This document shows positions 1-8,109 of a stretch of 30,691 nt of DNA, piece after piece. The stretch comes from a virus. Lineage: Duplodnaviria > Caudoviricetes. The DNA lies in the IMG/VR virus record IMGVR_UViG_3300022670_001121, positions 1-30,691 of that record; one strand, 5' to 3'. Under the pieces are notes generated by a model, which worked only from the letters and a program-made list of their open reading frames with translations, was not told the origin of the DNA and did not search any database. Within the stretch, counting starts at the first letter, position 1. Every line of letters starts with the position of its first letter. Both the position numbers and the translations under genes were made by a program.

Positions 1-1
1 C

Positions 2-325
2 GGCTTTCTGAAACAACTGAGTAGTCCCCTGATCCATTACAAAACCTTCCGGAGCATTCTGAAAAGCAGTGTAGGAAGCAGGTATATTCGAAGTTTTAGC
101 AGCTTCATCCTGTGGAGCCTGCTGTTCCTGAGGTACCGCTTCAGGCACTTTCCCCATAATCTCCGTAGGAGTTACAGCCTGAGTTTCAGTCGGATTTTTA
201 CCCATAATCTCTGTCGGAGGAGTTGTTTGTTCCCCCGACTGAGGAGCCTGCTGCCCGTCTGCCGGAACAGCAGGAGTTGCCTGTTGATCAGTATTATTTT
301 CAGTACTCTGTCCTTCTTCAGCCAT
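2..325 (-). CDS. Capsid scaffolding/assembly protein, N-terminal part (runs off left edge)
   Basis: Not in ORF track. ATG at 325 overlaps the end of the 318..641 ORF and reads open to the edge: MAEEGQSTENNTDQQATPAVPADGQQAP...PTEIMGK...PTEIMGK...PASYTAFQNAPEGFVMD. The acidic P/Q/T-rich N-terminus, P-x-x-Y...PEG-x-x-x-D pattern and position after portal/Bbp19-like genes fit BPP-1-type scaffold proteins. Confidence 0.7.
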   Translation of the reverse strand, partial: MAEEGQSTENNTDQQATPAVPADGQQAPQSGEQTTPPTEIMGKNPTETQAVTPTEIMGKVPEAVPQEQQAPQDEAAKTSNIPASYTAFQNAPEGFVMDQGTTQLFQKA

Positions 326-641
326 TCTTTTTTCTCACCTCTTTTAATTCGTTTTCATATTCCAGCAGCTTCAGATAACCCTGGAAGTCAGCTGCTTTAA
401 GTAGATTCATAATTTCATTATACAGACTGTGCCGTCCACATAAATAATGTGTTTTCTCACTATTGCCATAAGACACAGGAGTACTTTCAGGGACTAATTT
501 TCTTATCATCAGGATAAAATCTCTACCATAGAGATTATTCATCACAGTGCTTAAAGCCTGATTCTTTTCCTCTTTTTTTATTCTGTTTTTAGTTTTGCGC
601 TCATTAAGGTCATAATCAACTCCATAATCAGTTTCAGCCAT
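318..641 (-). CDS. Bbp19-like phage head-region protein
   Basis: 107 aa. Pattern VMNNLYGRDFI...THYLCGRHSLYNEI resembles the Bbp19 family (vm...eGRrf....T.f.eGrR.vGl.i). Syntenic position between portal and scaffold. Confidence 0.65.
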   Translation of the reverse strand: MAETDYGVDYDLNERKTKNRIKKEEKNQALSTVMNNLYGRDFILMIRKLVPESTPVSYGNSEKTHYLCGRHSLYNEIMNLLKAADFQGYLKLLEYENELKEVRKKNG

Positions 642-840
642 GATTACCTAATTCATCTATTAATGTAGTTTCCGGTCTTAAATTGATTATTTTTTGTGTT
701 TCAGGAGGTTCTTGCAGTCCCATATTTATCAACATCCGATTCTGTTTATCGAAACGCTCTTTATCATACTGAACGACACCTAAATTTTTCACTCGTCTCT
801 TTTCCCTCAAATATTCACCCCAAAAATCAGGTATATTCAT
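634..840 (-). CDS. Hypothetical phage protein
   Basis: 68 aa ORF filling the gap between portal and Bbp19-like gene, overlapping the next start. Confidence 0.55.
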   Translation of the reverse strand: MNIPDFWGEYLREKRRVKNLGVVQYDKERFDKQNRMLINMGLQEPPETQKIINLRPETTLIDELGNHG

Positions 841-863
841 TTTTGAACCTTTGATAAAAATTA

Positions 864-2507
864 TTACCTCAATACCTCATTAACAACTTCAGAATCCTTT
901 GAGTCAGCGTCAGCTACTTTACTTAAATTATCAGCTCCCTGTTTAGCAGCTTCAGCCTGAAGAGCCAAAGCCTGCTTTCTTGCTCTCTCAGTTCTGATGA
1001 CCTTTCTTTCTTTGGCATCATTAATCAGTTTGGCAGAGATAGTCTGGCCCACTTCCTCAGCGGCAGCATCAAAATTGAATGAATCCAATATCTCAGGATG
1101 ACTCTGAGCCACTGTCTGAATAAAATTCACATACCGTTCTATAGATACTAAAGCTCCGGCCTTCTGAGCCTGAGAAAGAATAGAAGTATATTCAACCTTC
1201 AGTTCCTGTCCTTGTAATTCTTCAGGTGGTTGAGGGATCAATCCTTTCTGCAATAGTATTTTAAAAACTCTGTCAAGCATAGGGTCTAAGGCTTCAGTAC
1301 TCAATCTCTCAATTACAGTTCCCAAAGCAAATAGGCTTTCCTCACGTCTGGCCTGTATCTCTGTTGCCGTCATCCGAATATCAGGGGCGCTTAATATAGA
1401 TTGGAAAAGGTCTATAAACAAGCCTTTTCTGATAGTTGACCTCAAGTCCTCTGTTTTCAATAAAGTACCCTGAATATCAGGAGCTATGGCGAAAACAGGA
1501 CGGATCAACTTGCCTTCCTCACCGTAATGAGCATTAATGGCGTTAGGTGTTACATCCAGGTCATCAGGCCCTATCATCGGCGGATTAACATGTTTATGAA
1601 TAGCCTTGACCAGTTCCTTTTCCATGATGTTCAACTGCTTGGCATCAGGATAAACATCTATAGCGGGACTGGTACCATATACATCAAACGGCTCCCATCT
1701 CGGAGCCCCGAAAGGCTTTTCATCAAAACCGGACAATCTTAAAAACTGATTAGGGTCTTCTTTTGAGGATTGCAGGTAGTAGACATCCAGAAATAACCAA
1801 GGCAGGCCTGTAACAGATGGATCGGGATTAGGAAGAACAGCGTTGACCACCTGAAAACGGGTGGTGTCTCTGGTGCCCTCATCTCTATAGGCATTCATCA
1901 CGGTCTGACTGATATTCTGTTCCTCGAACTCTTCCCATATCTGTCTGGCTGTCATGTTCAGCTCACGGATACATAAATCAACAATTCCGGCCTTATTCTC
2001 TGCAATATAATATGTCCCTATTTCCAAAGTCTTGAAACGGACATGTTTGTCATCATCAGGCAATACAAACATAACCCCACTGCCGAAAGCTCCTGACGCT
2101 TTAAAAAGAAGAAAAATATTGTCATAGAAGTTAGTCCGGGATAATATCTCAAGCTCTATCTTAGTGACTTCATCCAACCACTCCCTTACTCTTCCCGACT
2201 TCTCAAGCGATAGGTCAGTGAGTCCCCTTTTAAACCATGGTCTGCCCGGCGTAACCAATCCTGATTGCAGACCGGCTGCCATCTGACTTAAAGCCAGGAT
2301 AGGTACACTCGACATAGCCGTATTATTCAGACGGCTTTCCTTTTCGGTATTCGGGTGCTGTTCCTCATCCAAGGCCTTAATCTGTTTAGGATAGAACAAA
2401 GAAGCAATCTGTCTGCTGTCCTGAAGCCAGCTTTCTCTGTCGTTATTCAGAGATAATCTGAGCTTTTCTAATCGGATGACTATGTTGTTGCGGGTGAATC
2501 CTGCCAT
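864..2507 (-). CDS. Portal protein (head-to-tail connector, T7 gp8/BPP-1 Bbp21 type)
   Basis: 547 aa. Motifs GLQSGLVTPGRPWF, PRW...YGTSPA, MTATEIQARREE, LGTVIERLSTEALDPMLDRVF and ELKVEYTSILSQAQK are typical of the head-tail connector family. Lies downstream of terminase. Confidence 0.93.
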   Translation of the reverse strand: MAGFTRNNIVIRLEKLRLSLNNDRESWLQDSRQIASLFYPKQIKALDEEQHPNTEKESRLNNTAMSSVPILALSQMAAGLQSGLVTPGRPWFKRGLTDLSLEKSGRVREWLDEVTKIELEILSRTNFYDNIFLLFKASGAFGSGVMFVLPDDDKHVRFKTLEIGTYYIAENKAGIVDLCIRELNMTARQIWEEFEEQNISQTVMNAYRDEGTRDTTRFQVVNAVLPNPDPSVTGLPWLFLDVYYLQSSKEDPNQFLRLSGFDEKPFGAPRWEPFDVYGTSPAIDVYPDAKQLNIMEKELVKAIHKHVNPPMIGPDDLDVTPNAINAHYGEEGKLIRPVFAIAPDIQGTLLKTEDLRSTIRKGLFIDLFQSILSAPDIRMTATEIQARREESLFALGTVIERLSTEALDPMLDRVFKILLQKGLIPQPPEELQGQELKVEYTSILSQAQKAGALVSIERYVNFIQTVAQSHPEILDSFNFDAAAEEVGQTISAKLINDAKERKVIRTERARKQALALQAEAAKQGADNLSKVADADSKDSEVVNEVLR

Positions 2508-2609
2508 TATCGGTTAATAACTGCGTCAATAATAAAAAATATCAGTATAGAAAAACCAACTACTATCAATATGGTTGAATAAAACTTATCTGTTTTTTCA
2601 TTCAACATC

Positions 2610-2939
2610 CTATCTCCCCCTCAATCCACCACCATTAACTAAAGACATAAGAAGCTGATCAAAAGCACCAGGGTCAGCTCCAGCCTGAATACTACCTAAA
2701 AACCCCTGGCCTTGTCCCGGTTGAAGTGAAGCTCCACGTCCTCTTATCCGTCTGATAGCAGCTCCGCCTTGGAGTAAGGGCGCAAACAAATCAGTTATCT
2801 CACGACCACGAGCTGCTTGTATAATTCTAGGCTCCTCTTCTTCAAGAGTACCCTCAGCCGCTTGTATAATTCTGGGTCTTCCCCTTCCTGGGGATCTAAT
2901 TCCTCCTAATGGTTCCCCGCCTAAATCTACATCGCTCAT
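2610..2939 (-). CDS. Small Gly/Ala/Arg-rich protein, probable virion component
   Basis: 109 aa, low complexity with a PRIIQAA duplication. Occupies the slot just before the portal where small virion proteins are common in these podoviruses. Confidence 0.55.
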   Translation of the reverse strand: MSDVDLGGEPLGGIRSPGRGRPRIIQAAEGTLEEEEPRIIQAARGREITDLFAPLLQGGAAIRRIRGRGASLQPGQGQGFLGSIQAGADPGAFDQLLMSLVNGGGLRGR

Positions 2940-2941
2940 GT

Positions 2942-3424
2942 TTAATCTCTTTCTATGTTATAATACCTGAATGCTACACTGTTACTGGTTATCCCCATCA
3001 TCACCGGATTCTGAAAGCCTATCTTCTCAGCATACCGTTTAATTGCCTTATTTGAAGCTGAACTAAAACCGTACAGATTCAGTAAACTTTTATTTTCTCT
3101 CATACTGATTAATTGCTTTAGTATTGCTTTTCCTCTGTCAACTGAACCTCTGCCCCAATATGGAGGCCAAGTATAAAAGGTAATTTCAGCCCTGTATAAA
3201 CGCCTGTTGGTCAACACAATAAAACCGACCAACTCAGATTTAAGTCTGATTATATACGGACTTCCTGACAATAACAACCTTTCTATATGGTCTGCTCTGA
3301 TTATTTCGTCACTATCATAAAAAACCACGTCAAGCAGGTTGTATTTAATCATCCGATTATGGAATATCTCTGCATATCCCCTGTATACTTCATGGTATTC
3401 AGCGATTCTTTCAAGCTCTATCAT
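2942..3424 (-). CDS. GNAT-fold acetyltransferase-like protein
   Basis: 160 aa. ELVGFI, AEITFYTWPPYWGRG and NKAIKRYAEKIGF match GNAT motif A (W-G-R-G) and the N-x-x-x...K-x-G-F motif B. Confidence 0.75.
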   Translation of the reverse strand: MIELERIAEYHEVYRGYAEIFHNRMIKYNLLDVVFYDSDEIIRADHIERLLLSGSPYIIRLKSELVGFIVLTNRRLYRAEITFYTWPPYWGRGSVDRGKAILKQLISMRENKSLLNLYGFSSASNKAIKRYAEKIGFQNPVMMGITSNSVAFRYYNIERD

Positions 3425-4963
3425 CTAGGCACTATTCCATATATCATACTCGTTCTTAACCTTCTGTCTTTTAAACCTTCCCAGAGTATCAAGCTGGCCT
3501 GTTGCCAAGTAGTAATGCTCCAAAGCCGCTGTAGTCTTTACAGGTGCGGCAAAGGTATAAGCCAAAGCATCAGCTCTGCCGGGTGAGGATTCATTCCTCA
3601 ATCTCATTGCTGTTTTAGACTCAACCTTAGTAAATCTTTCATCGTAAATACTAAGTGGTGTAGTAAGGTCATGTACCAATACTGTATCATTAGCCGGGAT
3701 TGAGCCCCCTGTAAACAACCATTTCCGCATGTCCCCCCACATTTCGTCTTTCTTATTCTTGTACTCCAAAGGACTTTTAACATCCGTCGATTGTGAGTTA
3801 ACCATAATAGGTTTACGGCCTAACTGCTCTAACCTGTCAATAGTTCCTACACCTACTCCATGCTGGTCTATGAATGTAGCTGATGTCTCCCATTGATCCT
3901 CTAATTCGGCCACTTTAGCAGCCAGCCCCATAGTTTCATAAGAGATATGTTTTAAAGCACATAATACCCAACACTCATAACCCTGGCGCATTACTATAAC
4001 GTGTTCATCTTCACCATGTCCTGCCGGGTCAACTCCCAGCACTCTAGGTAGATGATGATATTCATGTTTCTCGATAATACGTTGCTGGGCTATTTCAACA
4101 AGGTCATTGCCTATGTATTGGTTTAAAGCTCTCTTCGGAAATAAACCAAGATAACGTACTCTGACATAATCAGAATCAAGGCCGTACATCTCAATCAGTT
4201 TGTTGATATTATTTTTATTGGTGAATGACACCTGTCTGCTGTCAACATGGAAGAGATTCCAATGAGTACGGGCAATACCAAACGCCGCTTCATAAAAACG
4301 TCCGCTGTTGAGGTTGCAGTTACCGAATATGAAGTGGAATGGTTCACCGTCTGTCTGTCCACCTTCCGCCACTTCCCATATCTTGTCAGGTATCTCACTG
4401 GCTTCGTCAAACAGATAGAATGAGCTGGAATTACGGGCATGCTGTCCTGCGAACTTCCCGGAGTTGGCTTCAGCACTGGTTTGAATGTCAAGTCTCCAGT
4501 CATCACTCTGTAGGTATTCCTCTGATAAATGCTGAATACGTCGGGCATTATATTTAAACCAATGACCTGTTATTGACAGTTTCATCCAGTTAGTCAGTTC
4601 AGGCCATGTCTTTGTTTCAAGCTGGGCAAATGTACCTGCTGTGATAGTTCCCTTACATTGTGGACGTGTAGACATCAGCCAACTACAGAGCATACCCAGG
4701 ATAGCTGATTTACCTACTCCATGGCCTGTTACAGCTCCGGCAAGTATAGGATCAACAGCCTTCTTTCCTGTAAATTTTCCTCTGATCTTTAAGTCATTAC
4801 CGAGTTTCTTCAGTAACTCAAATTGCCAGTATTCCAATTTACTGTGTTCTAATACCGTCCCTTTCTGCCCCCAAGGAAAAGCAAAGACAACAAAGCCTAA
4901 CGGATCATAAACAAAGTCCTTTATCTGTTCCACCAAAGCAATGTTTGATAATGCAAGTTTCAT
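3425..4963 (-). CDS. terL: Terminase large subunit
   Basis: 512 aa. Walker A TGHGVGKS, Walker B YLFDEAS, motif C FGN, nuclease LGVDPAGHGED and C-terminal SPGRADALA. Confidence 0.95.
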   Translation of the reverse strand: MKLALSNIALVEQIKDFVYDPLGFVVFAFPWGQKGTVLEHSKLEYWQFELLKKLGNDLKIRGKFTGKKAVDPILAGAVTGHGVGKSAILGMLCSWLMSTRPQCKGTITAGTFAQLETKTWPELTNWMKLSITGHWFKYNARRIQHLSEEYLQSDDWRLDIQTSAEANSGKFAGQHARNSSSFYLFDEASEIPDKIWEVAEGGQTDGEPFHFIFGNCNLNSGRFYEAAFGIARTHWNLFHVDSRQVSFTNKNNINKLIEMYGLDSDYVRVRYLGLFPKRALNQYIGNDLVEIAQQRIIEKHEYHHLPRVLGVDPAGHGEDEHVIVMRQGYECWVLCALKHISYETMGLAAKVAELEDQWETSATFIDQHGVGVGTIDRLEQLGRKPIMVNSQSTDVKSPLEYKNKKDEMWGDMRKWLFTGGSIPANDTVLVHDLTTPLSIYDERFTKVESKTAMRLRNESSPGRADALAYTFAAPVKTTAALEHYYLATGQLDTLGRFKRQKVKNEYDIWNSA

Positions 4964-5622
4964 TGTTCTATCTGTTCCATAGGCATGACAACATCGTTCA
5001 AGTCTTTATGCTCTACTGTTTCTATTTGTTTAATACGCTCCCTTCCTTTCCTCAATCCGTCTGCAATCAGTATATTTATGTTAAGGTCTCCTGCCTTATC
5101 TTTATTCTGGTCACTTAATCCTAAACTCTCTCTTGTTCCCTTCATAGTCCTTGTAATGGAATTGACATTGCTTTCTATAAATTTCTGACTGGTTACAAGA
5201 AACTCCATTTTCGCATTTTGTATTAAGTAAAAATTATTTATATCCTTTATATCGTCTCCCACTTCCTCAACAAGCCTGTCAGTCTCTTCAACCAATGTCT
5301 TATGTTGCATTAAGTTGTAATAAGACTGTGATTGTACTTCAGACGCACACTTAAAGTAATCTTCAGTAGCTTTATATAGTTCGTCACCACCGGACTCAAG
5401 TAGCTTCTTTTTATTCAACTCAGACAGGATAACTGATTGTTTAGCGTATGTTATTACTTCACCGCCCGGCTTCTTTCTGCTCCAACCACTTTTATTAATA
5501 TAGCTACGTAATGTACTGTTCGCTATCTTAAAATCTTTACATATCTGTCGGCAGGATACATCCCCACCTTCATAAACAATCTGTAATTGAACAAGTATTG
5601 TTGGATCTTTGATAGCTCGCAT
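4960..5622 (-). CDS. terS: Probable terminase small subunit
   Basis: 220 aa, ATGA overlap with terL. N-terminal HTH (SCRQICKDFKIANSTLRSYINKSGWSR) followed by a helical region. Confidence 0.75.
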   Translation of the reverse strand: MRAIKDPTILVQLQIVYEGGDVSCRQICKDFKIANSTLRSYINKSGWSRKKPGGEVITYAKQSVILSELNKKKLLESGGDELYKATEDYFKCASEVQSQSYYNLMQHKTLVEETDRLVEEVGDDIKDINNFYLIQNAKMEFLVTSQKFIESNVNSITRTMKGTRESLGLSDQNKDKAGDLNINILIADGLRKGRERIKQIETVEHKDLNDVVMPMEQIEQ

Positions 5623-5641
5623 AAGTAGAATAAAATAAAAA

Positions 5642-5679
5642 ATGATACAAATTCAGCACAAATCAGCACGCTACAGCAC
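5642..5679 (-). promoter_or_regulatory. Candidate activator-dependent late promoter: three CAGCAC repeats at 10-bp spacing plus -10-like TATCAT
   Basis: CAGCAC at 5654, 5664 and 5674 on the + strand. Minus-strand TATCAT at 5647-5642, about 20 nt before the terS ATG. No consensus -35. Confidence 0.45.
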
Positions 5680-5826
5680 ATGTATTGAAGCCTGGGAATG
5701 TCAAGACAGTTCTATCTTCTGCTCTTATCTTGTATTATTCTGTTATAATAGTCAAAGACTTTGTGCCGGGTTGTGCTGGGTTCAAACCTCTTTATTATTT
5801 CTCTTTCCCCCTTTTTAACTCCAATT

Positions 5827-5853
5827 CAGTTGTTCGGAAATTCCGGACAACTG
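5827..5853. repeat. 27-bp near-perfect palindrome
   Basis: CAGTTGTTCGGAA-A-TTCCGGACAACTG, 13-bp arms with one mismatch (G-U compatible), followed by TTTTCTTT on the + strand. Confidence 0.8.
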
Positions 5854-5932
5854 TTTTCTTTAAAACAAATCACTTTTTATCTCTAACCATTTCAACCACT
5901 TACTAACTTAATTCAAGTCTAAGTGATAAAAG

Positions 5933-5963
5933 TACTTGACAAATAAACTCATTCAAGTAGAGT
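5933..5963 (+). promoter_or_regulatory. Sigma70-type early promoter with overlapping inverted repeat
   Basis: TTGACA 5936-5941, 16-bp spacer, TAGAGT 5958-5963. TACTTGA-N13-TCAAGTA dyad at 5933-5959. Upstream of the + strand early cluster. Confidence 0.55.
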
Positions 5964-6046
5964 TTATGACATGTTAAAACACAAGTTAATTTCAACTTGA
6001 ATTAATTTAACAGATTAAAAAACAAACTCAGGATAAAGGATAGAAC

Positions 6047-6289
6047 ATGAAAAATGATATGAACTGGTATCCATCCATACCTTTGAGTAATGGACGGAAA
6101 GTAAAGGATATGGTGGAAATTACGGATAGTGCTTCGCTTGCTAACTGTGATTTAAAAGATATTCTTAACTGCGAAGAGTTTTATTCAGTTTTCGGCAAAC
6201 GGACACATAATTACAAGGCCGTCCTGAAAGAATCCTTTAAAAGAGGTTTGATTTACGAGGACACTTTTAAATATTTTAATGATCTGTAA
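6047..6289 (+). CDS. Hypothetical early phage protein
   Basis: 80 aa with AAGGA RBS. First gene after the predicted promoter. Confidence 0.7.
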   Translation: MKNDMNWYPSIPLSNGRKVKDMVEITDSASLANCDLKDILNCEEFYSVFGKRTHNYKAVLKESFKRGLIYEDTFKYFNDL

Positions 6290-6302
6290 AAAAAAGGATA
6301 AA

Positions 6303-6515
6303 ATGATAGATTTCCAGAAGCAAGTAATGAGTCTTGAATGGAGTATTGCAGATGTGAAATATTACGCGTCTACGGACTTCAAAATATTATTGACAGATTA
6401 TGAAGCAATGGAAATTTTATCAGACGTATACTACAGCCACGATTGTAATCAGGGAGTATGCTGGTCAACTTTTGATCATCATATTTTAAACTATCAAACC
6501 AAGGATAAAAAATGA
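6303..6515 (+). CDS. Hypothetical early phage protein
   Basis: Start reassigned to ATG 6303 (AAGGATAAA RBS). W-x3-DV...HD-x3-G-x-x-W pattern is reminiscent of small phage proteins. Confidence 0.7.
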   Translation: MIDFQKQVMSLEWSIADVKYYASTDFKILLTDYEAMEILSDVYYSHDCNQGVCWSTFDHHILNYQTKDKK

Positions 6516-6769
6516 CAGTAAAAGAATTGATAGCAGAACTGGAAAAAGTTGAGGACGTAAAGTATCCTGATGTAAGAACCGCTGAGGAATGGAAGCAATG
6601 GGCAACAGCAAAAATTAAAGATAATCCGAGACGGCTGACCTCTGAGGAAATAGATAATATGGAACTGGGAGACTGCATAGAATTTGATACAGAAAGTCCA
6701 TTTAAACAGAAAATACTAAGAGGTGAAAAACCTTTATCCCTTCCCCCGAACTTTATAGCAAAAGGATAA
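6512..6769 (+). CDS. Hypothetical early phage protein
   Basis: 85 aa. The MTVKELIAELEK start is common in small phage proteins. ATGA overlap and RBS. Confidence 0.72.
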   Translation: MTVKELIAELEKVEDVKYPDVRTAEEWKQWATAKIKDNPRRLTSEEIDNMELGDCIEFDTESPFKQKILRGEKPLSLPPNFIAKG

Positions 6770-6772
6770 ATA

Positions 6773-7048
6773 ATGCAGATTGAAGAACAGCAAACTATAA
6801 CCATCAGGTTTTGGACAGATGAAAGGAATGGCATAAAGAACCTTGATCTCAATATTGCTGATAAAGAATATCGGAAATATTTAGTTATTAGAAAACACCA
6901 CAAACATCTAATGTTGAAAGGTCATGAACATGCTCAAGCGATGATAGGGCAAGGATATAGAGAAGGCCGATTTTGTGAGTTAATATCCGATGATGATTAT
7001 GACTATGAAATAGACGGTTGGTGGAAAGTAAAAACAGTTAACTTCTGA
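6773..7048 (+). CDS. Hypothetical early phage protein
   Basis: 91 aa with AAGGATAAA RBS, tightly packed. Confidence 0.7.
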   Translation: MQIEEQQTITIRFWTDERNGIKNLDLNIADKEYRKYLVIRKHHKHLMLKGHEHAQAMIGQGYREGRFCELISDDDYDYEIDGWWKVKTVNF

Positions 7049-7098
7049 TTAATCAAAACGCCGGGTAACCGGCTTAACCTTTTGGTAAAGGAATAAAA

Positions 7099-7347
7099 AT
7101 GAACACACGGAAAAAGATAAAAATTATTAAAAGAAGTGAAGCTATAAAGATATTAAAGAGCAACAAAAAGTATTGGTCGGGCAAATGGTGTGCAGGCAAA
7201 TACAACTGGAAAGGTAGCCAGGACAACTGGATAGGCAAGGAATGGGAAGTAACAAGCGATATTCTAGCCATCTATGTTATAAGCGGAAGAGATACTGAGG
7301 GGGCATTTGCTACTATTATGTGTGTTTCAGGACGTACAATTAACTAA
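7099..7347 (+). CDS. Hypothetical early phage protein (basic, Trp-rich)
   Basis: 82 aa with AAGGA RBS. Confidence 0.65.
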   Translation: MNTRKKIKIIKRSEAIKILKSNKKYWSGKWCAGKYNWKGSQDNWIGKEWEVTSDILAIYVISGRDTEGAFATIMCVSGRTIN

Positions 7348-7355
7348 AGGATAAA

Positions 7356-7751
7356 ATGGAAAAACTACTGTTAGTCGGTGTAATTATCGAAAAAGACAAA
7401 AACGGCAGAGAGCGTTATTTATTCAAATACAGTAAAAACCGAGTTGATTTTCAGCAGTTTTTAGAAACCTCTTATGCTGATTTACAGAAAAGAGATGAAA
7501 AAACAATCCGGAAAGACAGTCCGAGCTGGAAGAAATACAAGCAGACAATGACCGATATTATGGAAATTAAAGACCAGGGGGTTAACCTTATTAGGCCAGG
7601 CTGGACAAATACGCATATCATGGTGGTTAATCTGACTTTTTTCCACGATATGCCTTTTCTAAAATTCAATAATCTTATCTCTAAAGCAATTGCCCACTAT
7701 CATAGAGAACATCAATACGGCATCATTCAACACTTTATTGAAGAGGATTAA
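7356..7751 (+). CDS. Hypothetical early phage protein
   Basis: 131 aa with AAGGATAAA RBS. Confidence 0.7.
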   Translation: MEKLLLVGVIIEKDKNGRERYLFKYSKNRVDFQQFLETSYADLQKRDEKTIRKDSPSWKKYKQTMTDIMEIKDQGVNLIRPGWTNTHIMVVNLTFFHDMPFLKFNNLISKAIAHYHREHQYGIIQHFIEED

Positions 7752-7754
7752 AGA

Positions 7755-7964
7755 ATGAAAATAAGATACATGAAGGCTGAGGACGCTGAGCAAGCAAAGA
7801 TTTATGAATGCCCTAACTTCAGCATAACAGGTTGTATTGGTGGGATGAAAAAGAAGTTCAGAGGAACAATCCAATACCATCAGAATAATGAGCAGGTGCT
7901 TTTAGTGAGGAGTGCAGGCTATATTTATCATGTGCCACGTTGTATTTATGACAAGGCTTATTAA
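7755..7964 (+). CDS. Hypothetical early phage protein
   Basis: 69 aa with GAGGA RBS. Contains CPNFSITGCIGGMKK...LLVRSAGYIYHV. Confidence 0.7.
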   Translation: MKIRYMKAEDAEQAKIYECPNFSITGCIGGMKKKFRGTIQYHQNNEQVLLVRSAGYIYHVPRCIYDKAY

Positions 7965-7966
7965 AA

Positions 7967-8088
7967 GGCTTTCCTAGCCGAACTTGGTATTTAACTTTTA
8001 CAGATATAAAAAATTATCCCGGCCAATGCTCGAAATGAGCAGGAAAGCCCTTAACCATTAATATATGACTTCTTCGGTGAGGAAGTCA
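7967..8088 (+). ncRNA. Candidate structured RNA element (multibranch plus hairpin)
   Basis: GGCTTTCCT (7967-7975) pairs with AGGAAAGCC (8041-8049). Inner pairings GCCG/CGGC and GCTC-GAAAT-GAGC. Second hairpin TGACTTCTTC-GGT-GAGGAAGTCA at 8066-8088. Family not recognised. Confidence 0.35.
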
Positions 8089-8109
8089 AACTTTAAATGA
8101 GGAAATAAA

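Noticed and set aside
2544-2569. Minus-strand promoter TTGATA...TATACT upstream of the portal gene
   Set aside because: Spacer is only 14 bp, outside the normal sigma70 range.
5685-5906. 73-aa + strand ORF in the terS/early intergenic region
   Set aside because: TTG start without RBS, Phe-rich low-complexity translation, and it runs across repeats and the palindrome. More likely non-coding control DNA.
7060-7073. GCCGG-GTAA-CCGGC hairpin as a terminator
   Set aside because: Only a 5-bp stem with an interrupted U-tract. It may be a boxB-like or stabilising hairpin, but the evidence is too thin to call.
7967-8088. Hammerhead or HDV-like ribozyme, or tRNA, identity for the structured region
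   Set aside because: No CUGANGA core paired with GAAA, no clear nested double pseudoknot and no cloverleaf/TTCGA arm. Kept only as an unclassified candidate.
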